A stretch of 64,000 nucleotides of DNA, taken from an uncultured Eubacteriales bacterium (GTDB lineage Bacteria > Bacillota > Clostridia > Christensenellales > UBA1242). Of the stretch, positions 53,876-62,880 are shown piece after piece. Within the stretch, counting starts at the first letter, position 1. Each line of letters starts with the position of its first letter. Where the stretch lies: NCBI GenBank assembly GCA_949077035.1, contig CARUPR010000004.1:29721-93720 (forward strand), in the 5' to 3' direction. The translations under genes were made by a program, and so were the position numbers. A model generated the notes under the pieces. The model did not search any database and had not been told where the DNA came from. It saw only the letters and a program-made list of their open reading frames with translations.

Positions 53876-56632
53876 ATGTTAAGTCAAAAAGATATACAAA
53901 ATTACTTTGCAGAAAGGATAATAAACAGGGCAAAGGTAGAAAATGCGGTTGTGACACTTGTTGTGACAAAGGCAGAACTTATCGACCCCATGCTTAAAGC
54001 CTGCCTTAAAGAGAAGGTTTTTGAAGATAAGTTTGGCAATGCCAAATTAAAAATAAAATGCAGCGATAGAGATATTTTCTTTAAAGAGGATGAACTTAAG
54101 TCGCTTTTAGAAAACCATCAGGCAATCGAAGAAAGTCAGGGCAAATTATATTTTGAAGAAACCGTTTCTATTGGTGCTACCAGAGATGAAACTGAAAATG
54201 CCGGCGAATTGAAGGAATTTTACAAAAGATTAGATAAAGTTGAAAGGTCTTTTGAAGAGGTTTTAAAAATAAACCAGAAATTGTCTGAGGTTGCTGATAA
54301 GATAAATGGCGGATATATTGATGAAGAAGGCAATGCCATGATGCTTTCTCCGCTTGAAAAATATCTTTTGTGTTTTAAGATTGTAAATGATATTGATTAT
54401 TATCTTGAAGATAAAAATGAAAAGACAAAGGCTGGATATAGCATATCTCGAAGTCTGATTGATGTGGTGAAAAATCAGAGGGGTTGTTGTGTTGGCAAGT
54501 CCGAATATTTATATGCGCTTTTAAAAATGGTTGGTATTGAAAATTGTTGTATCACTATTGATTCAAATCGTGAAGACCTGATAAAGACAATGTCCAATAA
54601 AGAAATTTTGAAAGATGACTATTACTATGACTTGGCAAACAGCCCTTTAAGTAATAGTGAAGTTGAAGATGTGAAATATCAATTAAAACATATTGAATCG
54701 CAGCTGGTTGATTTGCTTGATGATGGTAAAAGCCTTAGCCAAATTAAAACAAATCATAAAGCAAACTTAATAAATTTGAATGATGAAAAATATGGATTTA
54801 ATGGGATATTTTTAGGCGATTCAACTGCAGTCCAACTTTCATTAGAAATCCTTCCTCTCAAAGATAAGCTGGATTATCTATTAAACTTTGCTTCATATTT
54901 TTCTTCGGGTAGTGAGATATCAAAGTTTTTGGATAATATAGGGGTAGCTTCAATCAGAAAGCCAGAGCATGGTCAAGAAAAGATAGAAGAAGGCTATGTG
55001 GATGACTATTTTTCTCTTACAAGAAATATGATAATAAACAAGTTTAAAGAATTGATAATTGATAATTATAACAATGCTTCTTTTGCGCTTGGGTCTTCAC
55101 AATTTTTGCAGCAATTGCAAAATTGTCAAAATTATGGGCAGCTGCAAAAGGTGATTGATAATTATTGTTCTGACAATGACAATATTACTGGAAATCAAAA
55201 TAAGTTTGCACCAATTTATAGAAAGATATTTGAAGAAATCCTCTATGATGATAAAGAGCGATATTTAAATATTGTTTCAATAAAAGATGTTAGAGAGCGA
55301 TTGAAAGGGGCAAATTTGCTTGAAAATTCCGCTTTAACCAATTTTGGAAGGGCAAACGAGAAGACAAATGAAATCTTTGCTCAAATTTTTAAAGACACTG
55401 AATATGAGGCTGTTCAAAAGTTGAAAGAATCAGATAAAGAATACTTTAAAAATTTACCACTACATTTTAGAGATAATGAAAGGATTGTCAAAACTGCTAT
55501 CACAAGAGATTGCCACGCTCTTGAATTTGCTTCCGACAGATTGAAGGGCGATAAGGAAATCGTTTCTTTGGCAATGTCTAAAAACATTGCTACACTTGAA
55601 TATGCTTCAGACAAAATTAAAGATGACTCAGAGTTTATGCTAGATGCAATTATTAAAAATCGCTTTGCTTTTGATTATGCTTCAGACAGGCTTAAAAAAG
55701 ACCCATACTTTGTATACGAGGCTATAAAAATAAATGATTATATTTTTGATGTGATGCCAAAAGAAGTTTATGAAAAATACAACCCTTATAGCGCAAGCAG
55801 GGCAATTGTCATAATGGGCATAAAAAAAGGGAAGATAAATTATAAAGACTTATCGGATGATTATAAAAAAGACTTTCATGTCTGTTTGGCTGCAGCTTCT
55901 AAAGATGGTCTGCTTCTCAAGAATTTTCCTGAAGAATATAAAAATGACAAAGAGATTGTTTTGGAAGCAGTAAGGAAAGACGGAAATGCACTAGAATATG
56001 CTTCCAAAAAGATGCAATCTCATTTTGAAATTGTTTTGAATGCGGTCAGACAAAAGGGTAAGTCTCTTGGATATGCGGCAGAAATATTAAGAGATGACCG
56101 CGATATCGTTCTGACTGCAGTTAAACAGGATGGGCAGGCACTTGAGTTTGCTTCAGAGGAACTTAAAAATGACATCGAAATAGTCACCGAAGCAATCAGA
56201 GAGGATGTGAAATATTTTCAATATGCATCAGAAAAGATGAAGGATAATTTGGTGATTGCTTTAAAGATTGTGTTAAGAGATAATAGCGGGGTTCAGTATC
56301 TTTCAGACAGGCTTAAAAATTTGAGAATTTTTCAAAATCCTGATAATGTTGAGCTTCAAACTCTTCTTGACATTTACAACAATCCTGAAGACTTTGAGAA
56401 ATTGCCGCTGGATGCTTTTCAATCAAACAATGCTGATTTTCTTGATGTCTTGATAGAGCTTATCGAGCTTAAGTTTAAAGAACTTCCACAAACCGAAGAA
56501 AATAAAGAATATAGAAATCAAATATTAAGTTTGCTTGAAAAAACTATTAAAAATAAGACAGAACAAATTATCGCAAATAAGGAAGAAAACAAAGATTGCA
56601 CTGATGAAAACGAGAGTGATATAAACATTTAA
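53876..56632 (+). CDS. Paralog of the transglutaminase-like/DUF4116 fusion protein (918 aa)
   Basis: Collinear with the previous gene: 'MLSQKDIQNYFAERIINRAK', 'NQRGCCVGKSEYLYALLKMVGIENC', 'NHKANLINL', 'GIFLGDSTA', DUF4116 repeats, C-terminal 'ELPQTEENKEYRNQIL'. Confidence 0.65.
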   Translation: MLSQKDIQNYFAERIINRAKVENAVVTLVVTKAELIDPMLKACLKEKVFEDKFGNAKLKIKCSDRDIFFKEDELKSLLENHQAIEESQGKLYFEETVSIGATRDETENAGELKEFYKRLDKVERSFEEVLKINQKLSEVADKINGGYIDEEGNAMMLSPLEKYLLCFKIVNDIDYYLEDKNEKTKAGYSISRSLIDVVKNQRGCCVGKSEYLYALLKMVGIENCCITIDSNREDLIKTMSNKEILKDDYYYDLANSPLSNSEVEDVKYQLKHIESQLVDLLDDGKSLSQIKTNHKANLINLNDEKYGFNGIFLGDSTAVQLSLEILPLKDKLDYLLNFASYFSSGSEISKFLDNIGVASIRKPEHGQEKIEEGYVDDYFSLTRNMIINKFKELIIDNYNNASFALGSSQFLQQLQNCQNYGQLQKVIDNYCSDNDNITGNQNKFAPIYRKIFEEILYDDKERYLNIVSIKDVRERLKGANLLENSALTNFGRANEKTNEIFAQIFKDTEYEAVQKLKESDKEYFKNLPLHFRDNERIVKTAITRDCHALEFASDRLKGDKEIVSLAMSKNIATLEYASDKIKDDSEFMLDAIIKNRFAFDYASDRLKKDPYFVYEAIKINDYIFDVMPKEVYEKYNPYSASRAIVIMGIKKGKINYKDLSDDYKKDFHVCLAAASKDGLLLKNFPEEYKNDKEIVLEAVRKDGNALEYASKKMQSHFEIVLNAVRQKGKSLGYAAEILRDDRDIVLTAVKQDGQALEFASEELKNDIEIVTEAIREDVKYFQYASEKMKDNLVIALKIVLRDNSGVQYLSDRLKNLRIFQNPDNVELQTLLDIYNNPEDFEKLPLDAFQSNNADFLDVLIELIELKFKELPQTEENKEYRNQILSLLEKTIKNKTEQIIANKEENKDCTDENESDINI

Positions 56633-56687
56633 TATTTTTTAAATTTGATAAAATGAATTATCAAATGTTATAAGTATAAAAGCAAAA

Positions 56688-56722
56688 TAAAGGTCTAAAA
56701 GAAGGACCTTTATTTTTGTTTT
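56688..56722 (+). terminator. Rho-independent terminator
   Basis: 8-bp stem taaaggtc/gaccttta followed by a T-rich run. Confidence 0.7.
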
Positions 56723-56726
56723 GATA

Positions 56727-56755
56727 TTGACAATGAGCGGCAAAGGCTTTATACT
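56727..56755 (+). promoter_or_regulatory. Promoter candidate for the distal DUF4116 genes
   Basis: TTGACA, 17-nt spacer, TATACT. Confidence 0.5.
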
Positions 56756-56775
56756 TAATATAAATGGAGGGGATA

Positions 56776-58053
56776 ATGAAATTAATCTTTAATAAAGAAA
56801 AAGCTCTTGAAAATATAAAACTTTATGGGACATCATTGAAAGAATTTCCACAATTTAAAAATGATATGGATGTGGCTTTGAAATGCATCTATGTCAACTT
56901 TAATAATTTTCAATATGTATCAAACAAATTAAAAAATGACAAAGATTTTGTCTTAAAAGCTTTGGCAATCAATTCTGGCATTGTAAGGTTTCTTCCAAAA
57001 AAGCTTTTGGATGACAAGGATATTGCAATTTCTGCATTAAACAATTCTGACTATGCTGATGAATTTAAATTTCTTTCGCCAAGGCTGCAAAAAGACAGAG
57101 AAATTGTCAATATTGCAATAAACAAAAATGGCAATTTAATATGTGCTATTTCTGATAGTTTGAAGGATAAAGATTTAAAAGTTGCTGCAATAAAAAGCAG
57201 AGGAATGGCTATAAGTTCTATCCCAGAATTTCAAGACAACAAGGAAATGGCTTTGATTGCTGTAAAACAAGACGGTTTGGCTATCTGTTATCTTTCTGAT
57301 AGGCTTAAAGATGACAAGGATGTTGTTTTGGCGGCTGCTTCAAAATTTTATGGTGCACTTGGTTATGCTTCAAAAAGATTGCAGGATGATTTTGATTTGG
57401 TTATGGCAGCTGTTAAAAATGATGGCAAGTCACTTCAGTTTGCTTCTGCCAGATTAAAAGATGACATTGAAATAGCAACTATGGCAATGAAAAAAAGCCC
57501 TAATGAAGCTTATCAATTTTTATCAGAAAGATTGAAGGAAGTAAAACAATTTGCCCTTCAGCATATTATGGCAAGTGCTAACAACTTTAAAAATATTTCA
57601 CCAAAGCTGAAGAAGGATAAAGAGATTATTGTTGAAGCTCTTTATGGCAGCAAAAATGATTATTATCATGACACCTATTATTTATTAAGCAAGATTGAAA
57701 ATGAAAATGTATTTAGAGATGCTTACTTGCTTGGTCGCAGGCGTATTGAAGAATTGCATGATGTTTGCATAGACCTTAAAAATTTTGCTAAACTTTCAGA
57801 CTTCTTCTTTGAAGACGAAAATTCTGAATGTTTGACTTTTGCAACAGAGCTTGTTTGTGAAAAACTTGGCGAGCTTCCTCAAACTGCAGAAAACAAAGAA
57901 TATAAAGAAAAAATATTGCAGCTTATGAAAGAAACCATCTATTCAAAGAAAGATAAGCTTGATAATTCAAATGATAAGGAAGAGAATAAAGGTGCTGAAG
58001 ATATGGAAAAGGAAGTTAAAAGATTTATAGACGAAGAAGTCTATTATGATTAA
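56776..58053 (+). CDS. DUF4116-type repeat protein with the shared C-terminal module
   Basis: ATG at 56776 preceded by GGAGGGG. Repeats of the type 'LKDDKDVVLAAASKFYGALGYASKRLQDD'. C-terminus 'GELPQTAENKEYKEKILQLMKETI'. Confidence 0.75.
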   Translation: MKLIFNKEKALENIKLYGTSLKEFPQFKNDMDVALKCIYVNFNNFQYVSNKLKNDKDFVLKALAINSGIVRFLPKKLLDDKDIAISALNNSDYADEFKFLSPRLQKDREIVNIAINKNGNLICAISDSLKDKDLKVAAIKSRGMAISSIPEFQDNKEMALIAVKQDGLAICYLSDRLKDDKDVVLAAASKFYGALGYASKRLQDDFDLVMAAVKNDGKSLQFASARLKDDIEIATMAMKKSPNEAYQFLSERLKEVKQFALQHIMASANNFKNISPKLKKDKEIIVEALYGSKNDYYHDTYYLLSKIENENVFRDAYLLGRRRIEELHDVCIDLKNFAKLSDFFFEDENSECLTFATELVCEKLGELPQTAENKEYKEKILQLMKETIYSKKDKLDNSNDKEENKGAEDMEKEVKRFIDEEVYYD

Positions 58054-58192
58054 AAATAGGGAGTTTTAATTCGTATAAATATTTTATATAAGGAAAAGAT
58101 TATTCAGCTTGTAAAAAACACTTTTGCAAAAATTAATAAAAGATAGACTTTGAATTTTTTGAAAAATTTACATCATTAAAAGGAAAAGAAAA

Positions 58193-59272
58193 GTGATTGA
58201 TTATTCAAATAAGAAAGCTGTGATGCATGCATTAAAAACGAATAAACCGAATATTAGTTGGATTGAAATGAAAAATTTGCCAAAAGAATTTTGGGAAGAC
58301 AGAGAGTTTGTTTTTGCAGCGGTAAAATATAGTGGATATTTTCTTAAATATGCACCAAAGTTTCATGAAGATAAAGAACTTGCTATGTTTGCAGTTTCTA
58401 AGGTTTCTTTCGTCCTTGAATATTTGCCAAAGTTTCAGGATGACAAAGAGGTGGTTATGGCTGCAGTTACCAAAGGTTATAGCAATTGCTTTAAGTTTGC
58501 CTCGGAAAGATTGAGAAATGACAGAGATGTCGTTTTGGCGGCAGTAACACGGAATGGTGGAGCACTTGAGTTTGCACCAAAATATCAAGATGACAAAGAG
58601 ATTGTTATGAGGGCAATAGCCAGTGACAAAGAAGCATTTAAATTTGCCTCTGACAGATTGAAAAATGACAAAGCTGTTGTGTATAATGCTATAAAAAGTG
58701 ATGGATATAATATAAAATATGCATCAGATGACATGAAAAAAGATAAAGAATTGGCATTGATTGCAGTTTCAAATTCTACTTTTGCTTTTGATTATTTACC
58801 AATGTTTCAAGATGACAGGGATGTGGCACTTGCAGCTGTAAAATTGTGTGGAAATTCTTTTTATCATATATCCGAAAGATTGAAAGATAATACAGAAATC
58901 TTTTTAACTTCATATTTAAGAAATAAAGATGTAAAACAATATGCTTCAAAAAGACTTCAAAATTGTTATTTATTTAAGAAGGACAATGTTGAAATTGAAA
59001 AAGAGATAAAATTGATACTCAAACTTTGCGAAAAACCTGAAAGTTTTGCAAATCTACCTTTAGAAAGATTTATCAGCAAAAATCGCGAGTTTCTTCAATT
59101 TACAATTGATGCAATCAGGCAAAAACTTGCAGAGCTTCCAAAGACAGAAGAAAATTTAAAATACATCAAAGAGATATCAAAACTTATTAAAAAGACAATC
59201 AAAGATAAGATTGAAGAATTTAAAAACAATTGTGTATTTTTGGAAGAGGCCGATGCTGATTTTGAAATGTAA
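58193..59272 (+). CDS. DUF4116-type repeat protein with the shared C-terminal module (GTG start)
   Basis: GTG at 58193 aligns with the ATG of the next paralog (both give MIDYSNKK). C-terminus 'AELPKTEENLKYIKEISKLIKKTI'. Confidence 0.7.
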   Translation: MIDYSNKKAVMHALKTNKPNISWIEMKNLPKEFWEDREFVFAAVKYSGYFLKYAPKFHEDKELAMFAVSKVSFVLEYLPKFQDDKEVVMAAVTKGYSNCFKFASERLRNDRDVVLAAVTRNGGALEFAPKYQDDKEIVMRAIASDKEAFKFASDRLKNDKAVVYNAIKSDGYNIKYASDDMKKDKELALIAVSNSTFAFDYLPMFQDDRDVALAAVKLCGNSFYHISERLKDNTEIFLTSYLRNKDVKQYASKRLQNCYLFKKDNVEIEKEIKLILKLCEKPESFANLPLERFISKNREFLQFTIDAIRQKLAELPKTEENLKYIKEISKLIKKTIKDKIEEFKNNCVFLEEADADFEM

Positions 59273-59342
59273 AAATTAATCTATTTTAATTAAATGATTT
59301 TTTAAGATTGAAATTTAAATATTATTAAAAGGGAAAAGAAAT

Positions 59343-60044
59343 ATGATTGATTATTCAAATAAAAAGGATGTTATTAAAGCAATTGAAACATTTGATATAA
59401 ATTTCAATTTGGATAATATGCTAAAAGAGTTTTGGGAAGATAGAGATGTTGTTTTGGCTGCGGTAAAACGCAGTGGATATTTGCTTAAATTTGCACCAAA
59501 GTTTCATGAAGACAAAGAGGTGGTTATGAGTGCAATTCCAACCTATCCTCATGTTCTTGAATATTTGCCAAAGTTTCAAGATGACAAGGATGTTGCACTG
59601 GCAGCTGTAAAATTGAGTCAATATACCTATAAATATCATATATCAGAAAGATTGAAAGATAATATAGAAATATTTTTTACCGCATATTTAAAGGACAAAT
59701 CAGCAAAAGAGTTTGCATCAAAAAGACTTAATAAATGTTATGTTTTCAGTCTGTGGGGCGATAATGTCGAAAATGAAATCAGACAAATTCTTTCTCTTTG
59801 CAAAAGACCTTATGAATTTGCACTACTTCCTTTAGAAAGGTTTGAAAAGAAAAATTCAGAATTTCTTAAAATTGTAATTGATGCAATCAGGCAAAGGCTT
59901 GCCGAACTTCCAAAAACAGAGGGAAATTTAAAATATACAAAAGAGATTTTAGGGCTTATCAAAGAAACAATTAAAAACAGAATTAAAGAATTTCAAAACA
60001 ATAGTGCTTATTTGGAAGAAACAAATGATGGGCTTGAATTGTAA
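59343..60044 (+). CDS. Short DUF4116-type repeat protein with the shared C-terminal module
   Basis: N- and C-termini collinear with the 58193 gene; its central repeats are missing. C-terminus 'AELPKTEGNLKYTKEILGLIKETI'. Confidence 0.7.
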   Translation: MIDYSNKKDVIKAIETFDINFNLDNMLKEFWEDRDVVLAAVKRSGYLLKFAPKFHEDKEVVMSAIPTYPHVLEYLPKFQDDKDVALAAVKLSQYTYKYHISERLKDNIEIFFTAYLKDKSAKEFASKRLNKCYVFSLWGDNVENEIRQILSLCKRPYEFALLPLERFEKKNSEFLKIVIDAIRQRLAELPKTEGNLKYTKEILGLIKETIKNRIKEFQNNSAYLEETNDGLEL

Positions 60045-60101
60045 ATTTGTTTAAAAGATTAAGAATAGCACTTTCATTGTTTGCGCTTTTCTTGTATTCT
60101 T

Positions 60102-60133
60102 AAAAAAGCATATCAAAAATGATATGCTTTTTC
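60102..60133 (+). terminator. Rho-independent terminator at the right edge of the island
   Basis: Stem gcatatc/gatatgc followed by T5. Confidence 0.75.
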
Positions 60134-60216
60134 GTTTGTTTGAAGATTGAATCACATTTTAAATATTTTCTGCAAAAGAAAATTTTTGATTAAATTTTAA
60201 AATTTGTTTTATATTC

Positions 60217-60245
60217 TTGAAATTGTAGCAAAATTATGATATACT
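60217..60245 (+). promoter_or_regulatory. typA promoter candidate
   Basis: TTGAAA, 17-nt spacer, TATACT. Confidence 0.5.
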
Positions 60246-60271
60246 CGTAAGGTTAAAAAGGATGAAATAAT

Positions 60272-62104
60272 ATGAAAAACGAAAAAATTAGAAATATTGC
60301 GATTATCGCCCATGTTGACCATGGCAAAACCTCTCTTGTAAACGAGCTTTTGAAGCAAGGAAGTGTTTTTAGAGATAATCAAGTTGTTGAAGATAGGGTG
60401 ATGGACTCAAACGCGCTTGAAAGAGAACGTGGAATTACAATTCTTTCAAAAAACTGCTCTTGCCTTTATGGCGATACAAAAATTAACATCATCGACACTC
60501 CTGGACACGCCGATTTTGGTGGCGAGGTGGAACGTGTGCTTAAAATGGTTGACGGCGTTTTGCTTGTTGTTGATGCCTATGAAGGGCCAATGCCTCAAAC
60601 TCGTTTCGTGCTTGAAAAGGCGCTTTCATTGAAGCTTAAGGTCATTGTTGTTGTCAACAAAATTGACAGAGCGGATGCAAGAATTAATGAAGTCATTGAT
60701 GAAGTCCTTGAACTTTTCCTTGAACTTGATGCCAATGAAGAGCAGCTAAATTCACCTTTCATTTTTGCTTCTGCAAGGGCAGGAATTGCTAGCGTTGACC
60801 AAAATGAAAAGGGCAAGGATATGACAGCATTATTTAATAAGATTGTTGAGTATATACCTGCTCCAGAAGGTGAAGAAGACAAGGCTTGTCAGATGCTGGT
60901 TTCTTCTGCAGAGCATAATGAATATGTGGGCAAGCTTGCTGTTGGCAAAATTTCAAGAGGCTCTATTAAAGTTGGTCAAAGTGTGACACTTTGCAATTAT
61001 CATGACCAAGATAAAAAGACTAGGTCAAAGGTTGTAAGTTTATTTGTATTTGAAGGTCTTAAAAAGATTCCTGTTGAAAGTGCGGGTGTGGGTGAAATTG
61101 TTTGCATTGCCGGTCTTGAAGGTGTGCAAATTGGTGATACAATCTGTGATAGCAGTTTGGTTGAACCTGTTGAGTTTGTCAAGATTGCAGAGCCAAGTGT
61201 TGAAATGACATTTATGGTAAATGACAGTCCACTTGCAGGAAGAGAGGGTAAGTTTGTGACCTCTCGTCATCTTCGTGACAGACTTTACAAAGAGGCAGTC
61301 AAAGACCTTTCTCTTCGCGTGCAGGATGGTGAAACAGCCGAGCAGTTTAAGGTGAGCGGAAGGGGTGAAATGCACCTTTCAATCCTCATCGAAAATATGA
61401 GAAGAGATGGTTATGAATTTCAAGTTTCAATGCCAAAGGTTTTAATTAAAGAAATCGATGGTGTGAAATGTGAGCCTATTGACAGGCTTATACTTGACGT
61501 CCCAGAAGATTGCACCGGTGTTGTTATGCAAAAGATGGGTGTCAGAAAGGGCGAACTTGTGCAAATGAATCCACATGGGAATCGTATTAAAATGGAATTT
61601 TTAATTCCTTCAAGAGGATTGTTTGGTTTTAAGAGCGAACTTTTGACCGACACTAAGGGTGAAGGCGTAATCAATTCTGTTTTCTATGATTATCAACCAT
61701 GGAAGGGCGAAATTAAACGCCGCGATGTGGGCTCACTTGTTGCACATGAAGATGGTGAAGCTATCGTTTATGGACTTTTCAATGCTCAGGAAAGGGGAGA
61801 ACTTTTTGTTGAAGCGGGCATGAAGGTCTATGCAGGTATGGTTGTTGGCTCAAACCCAAAAGGTGGCGATATTGTTGTCAATGTCTGCAAGAAAAAACAT
61901 CTTTCAAACTGCCGTGCTTCTGGCTCTGATGACGCACTTAGACTTACACCACCAAAAAGGATGAGTCTTGAAGATGATATCGAATTTTTGGCTGATGATG
62001 AAATTCTTGAAGTTACACCAAAGAGTTTGAGAATCCGCAAAATTATTCTTGACCATAACCTCAGAAATCGTGAACGTGGAAAGGTTATGAGAGGGGAAAT
62101 TTAA
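60272..62104 (+). CDS. typA: Translational GTPase TypA/BipA
   Basis: '[22 protein letters not shown]', '[16 protein letters not shown]', 'NKIDR'. 610 aa with the BipA-type C-terminal domain. Confidence 0.9.
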   Translation: MKNEKIRNIAIIAHVDHGKTSLVNELLKQGSVFRDNQVVEDRVMDSNALERERGITILSKNCSCLYGDTKINIIDTPGHADFGGEVERVLKMVDGVLLVVDAYEGPMPQTRFVLEKALSLKLKVIVVVNKIDRADARINEVIDEVLELFLELDANEEQLNSPFIFASARAGIASVDQNEKGKDMTALFNKIVEYIPAPEGEEDKACQMLVSSAEHNEYVGKLAVGKISRGSIKVGQSVTLCNYHDQDKKTRSKVVSLFVFEGLKKIPVESAGVGEIVCIAGLEGVQIGDTICDSSLVEPVEFVKIAEPSVEMTFMVNDSPLAGREGKFVTSRHLRDRLYKEAVKDLSLRVQDGETAEQFKVSGRGEMHLSILIENMRRDGYEFQVSMPKVLIKEIDGVKCEPIDRLILDVPEDCTGVVMQKMGVRKGELVQMNPHGNRIKMEFLIPSRGLFGFKSELLTDTKGEGVINSVFYDYQPWKGEIKRRDVGSLVAHEDGEAIVYGLFNAQERGELFVEAGMKVYAGMVVGSNPKGGDIVVNVCKKKHLSNCRASGSDDALRLTPPKRMSLEDDIEFLADDEILEVTPKSLRIRKIILDHNLRNRERGKVMRGEI

Positions 62105-62280
62105 TTTTTGTTTTAAAAAAACATGTCTTGAATATAAATCAAATTTTGCAATTTAGTTTAATTTATGAAAATTTAGTTTTAGGAGAACTGATACTTTTTT
62201 AGAATTTTGTTTTTAGGAGAACTGATTTTGTCTTAAAAAATTTTAGAATTTTGTTTTTATGAGAATTTAATTAGTTATAT

Positions 62281-62355
62281 TAATAGCTTGGGAGAGCGTG
62301 ATTTAAACTGCATTTTTTAATAGCTTGGGAGAGCGTGACAATTTTAGCATTTTTT
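62281..62355. repeat. 37-bp direct repeat x2 (core TAATAGCTTGGGAGAGCGTGA) upstream of a small membrane-protein gene
   Basis: The 21-nt core is identical at 62281 and 62318, each followed by '..gcatttttta'. Confidence 0.8.
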
Positions 62356-62418
62356 AAAAACTTAAGATAATTTTTTAGTTTATTATAGCTGCAAGAAAAT
62401 TTGCATGAGGAGGGCATA

Positions 62419-62688
62419 ATGCTTATCAATCCAGAAGAAAAAAGAGATTTAAAAAAATCCAATAAAAGACTTGTAATTTTTTTGCTTATCACCTTTTTTC
62501 TTGACGGTTTTATTGCCTTCCTCTTTTTTAAATATACCAAAATCCATACAGCACTTTGTGTTTTTATTATATTGGTTATCACAACAATTTTTTACTTGCT
62601 GTTTTTGTGGATATGTGGTAAAATTGATAAGAGAAGGGCAAAACGACTTGAAGAAAGTGGAAAGAAAGACCCTTTTACAAAAGAATAA
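62419..62688 (+). CDS. Small (89 aa) two-TM membrane protein
   Basis: ATG preceded by GAGGAGGGCATA. Two hydrophobic helices, then a basic tail. Confidence 0.5.
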   Translation: MLINPEEKRDLKKSNKRLVIFLLITFFLDGFIAFLFFKYTKIHTALCVFIILVITTIFYLLFLWICGKIDKRRAKRLEESGKKDPFTKE

Positions 62689-62880
62689 TATTTTTTGGTT
62701 TTCACTTTTAAATTAAATTATTTAAATAAACCATTTAAATAAAATCATTTTAAATTGTGTTTTTTAAATTTATATTTTTAATCTAAAAGAAAAAACATAT
62801 GAAAATTATTAAAAAAACATATAAAACAACATTTTTGAAAGAAAAATTCAAAAAATATATAAAATTCTTAGGAGGACAAG

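Noticed and set aside
46014-60271. The DUF4116/LRR island as a prophage, ICE or transposon.
   Set aside because: There are no integrase, transposase, recombinase, phage structural or conjugation genes. I found no terminal inverted or direct repeats at the borders and no adjacent tRNA.
62280-62716. ORFs 62280..62582 (-) and 62501..62716 (+).
   Set aside because: They overlap the RBS-supported small membrane-protein ORF (62419..62688) and the direct-repeat region. They have no RBS.
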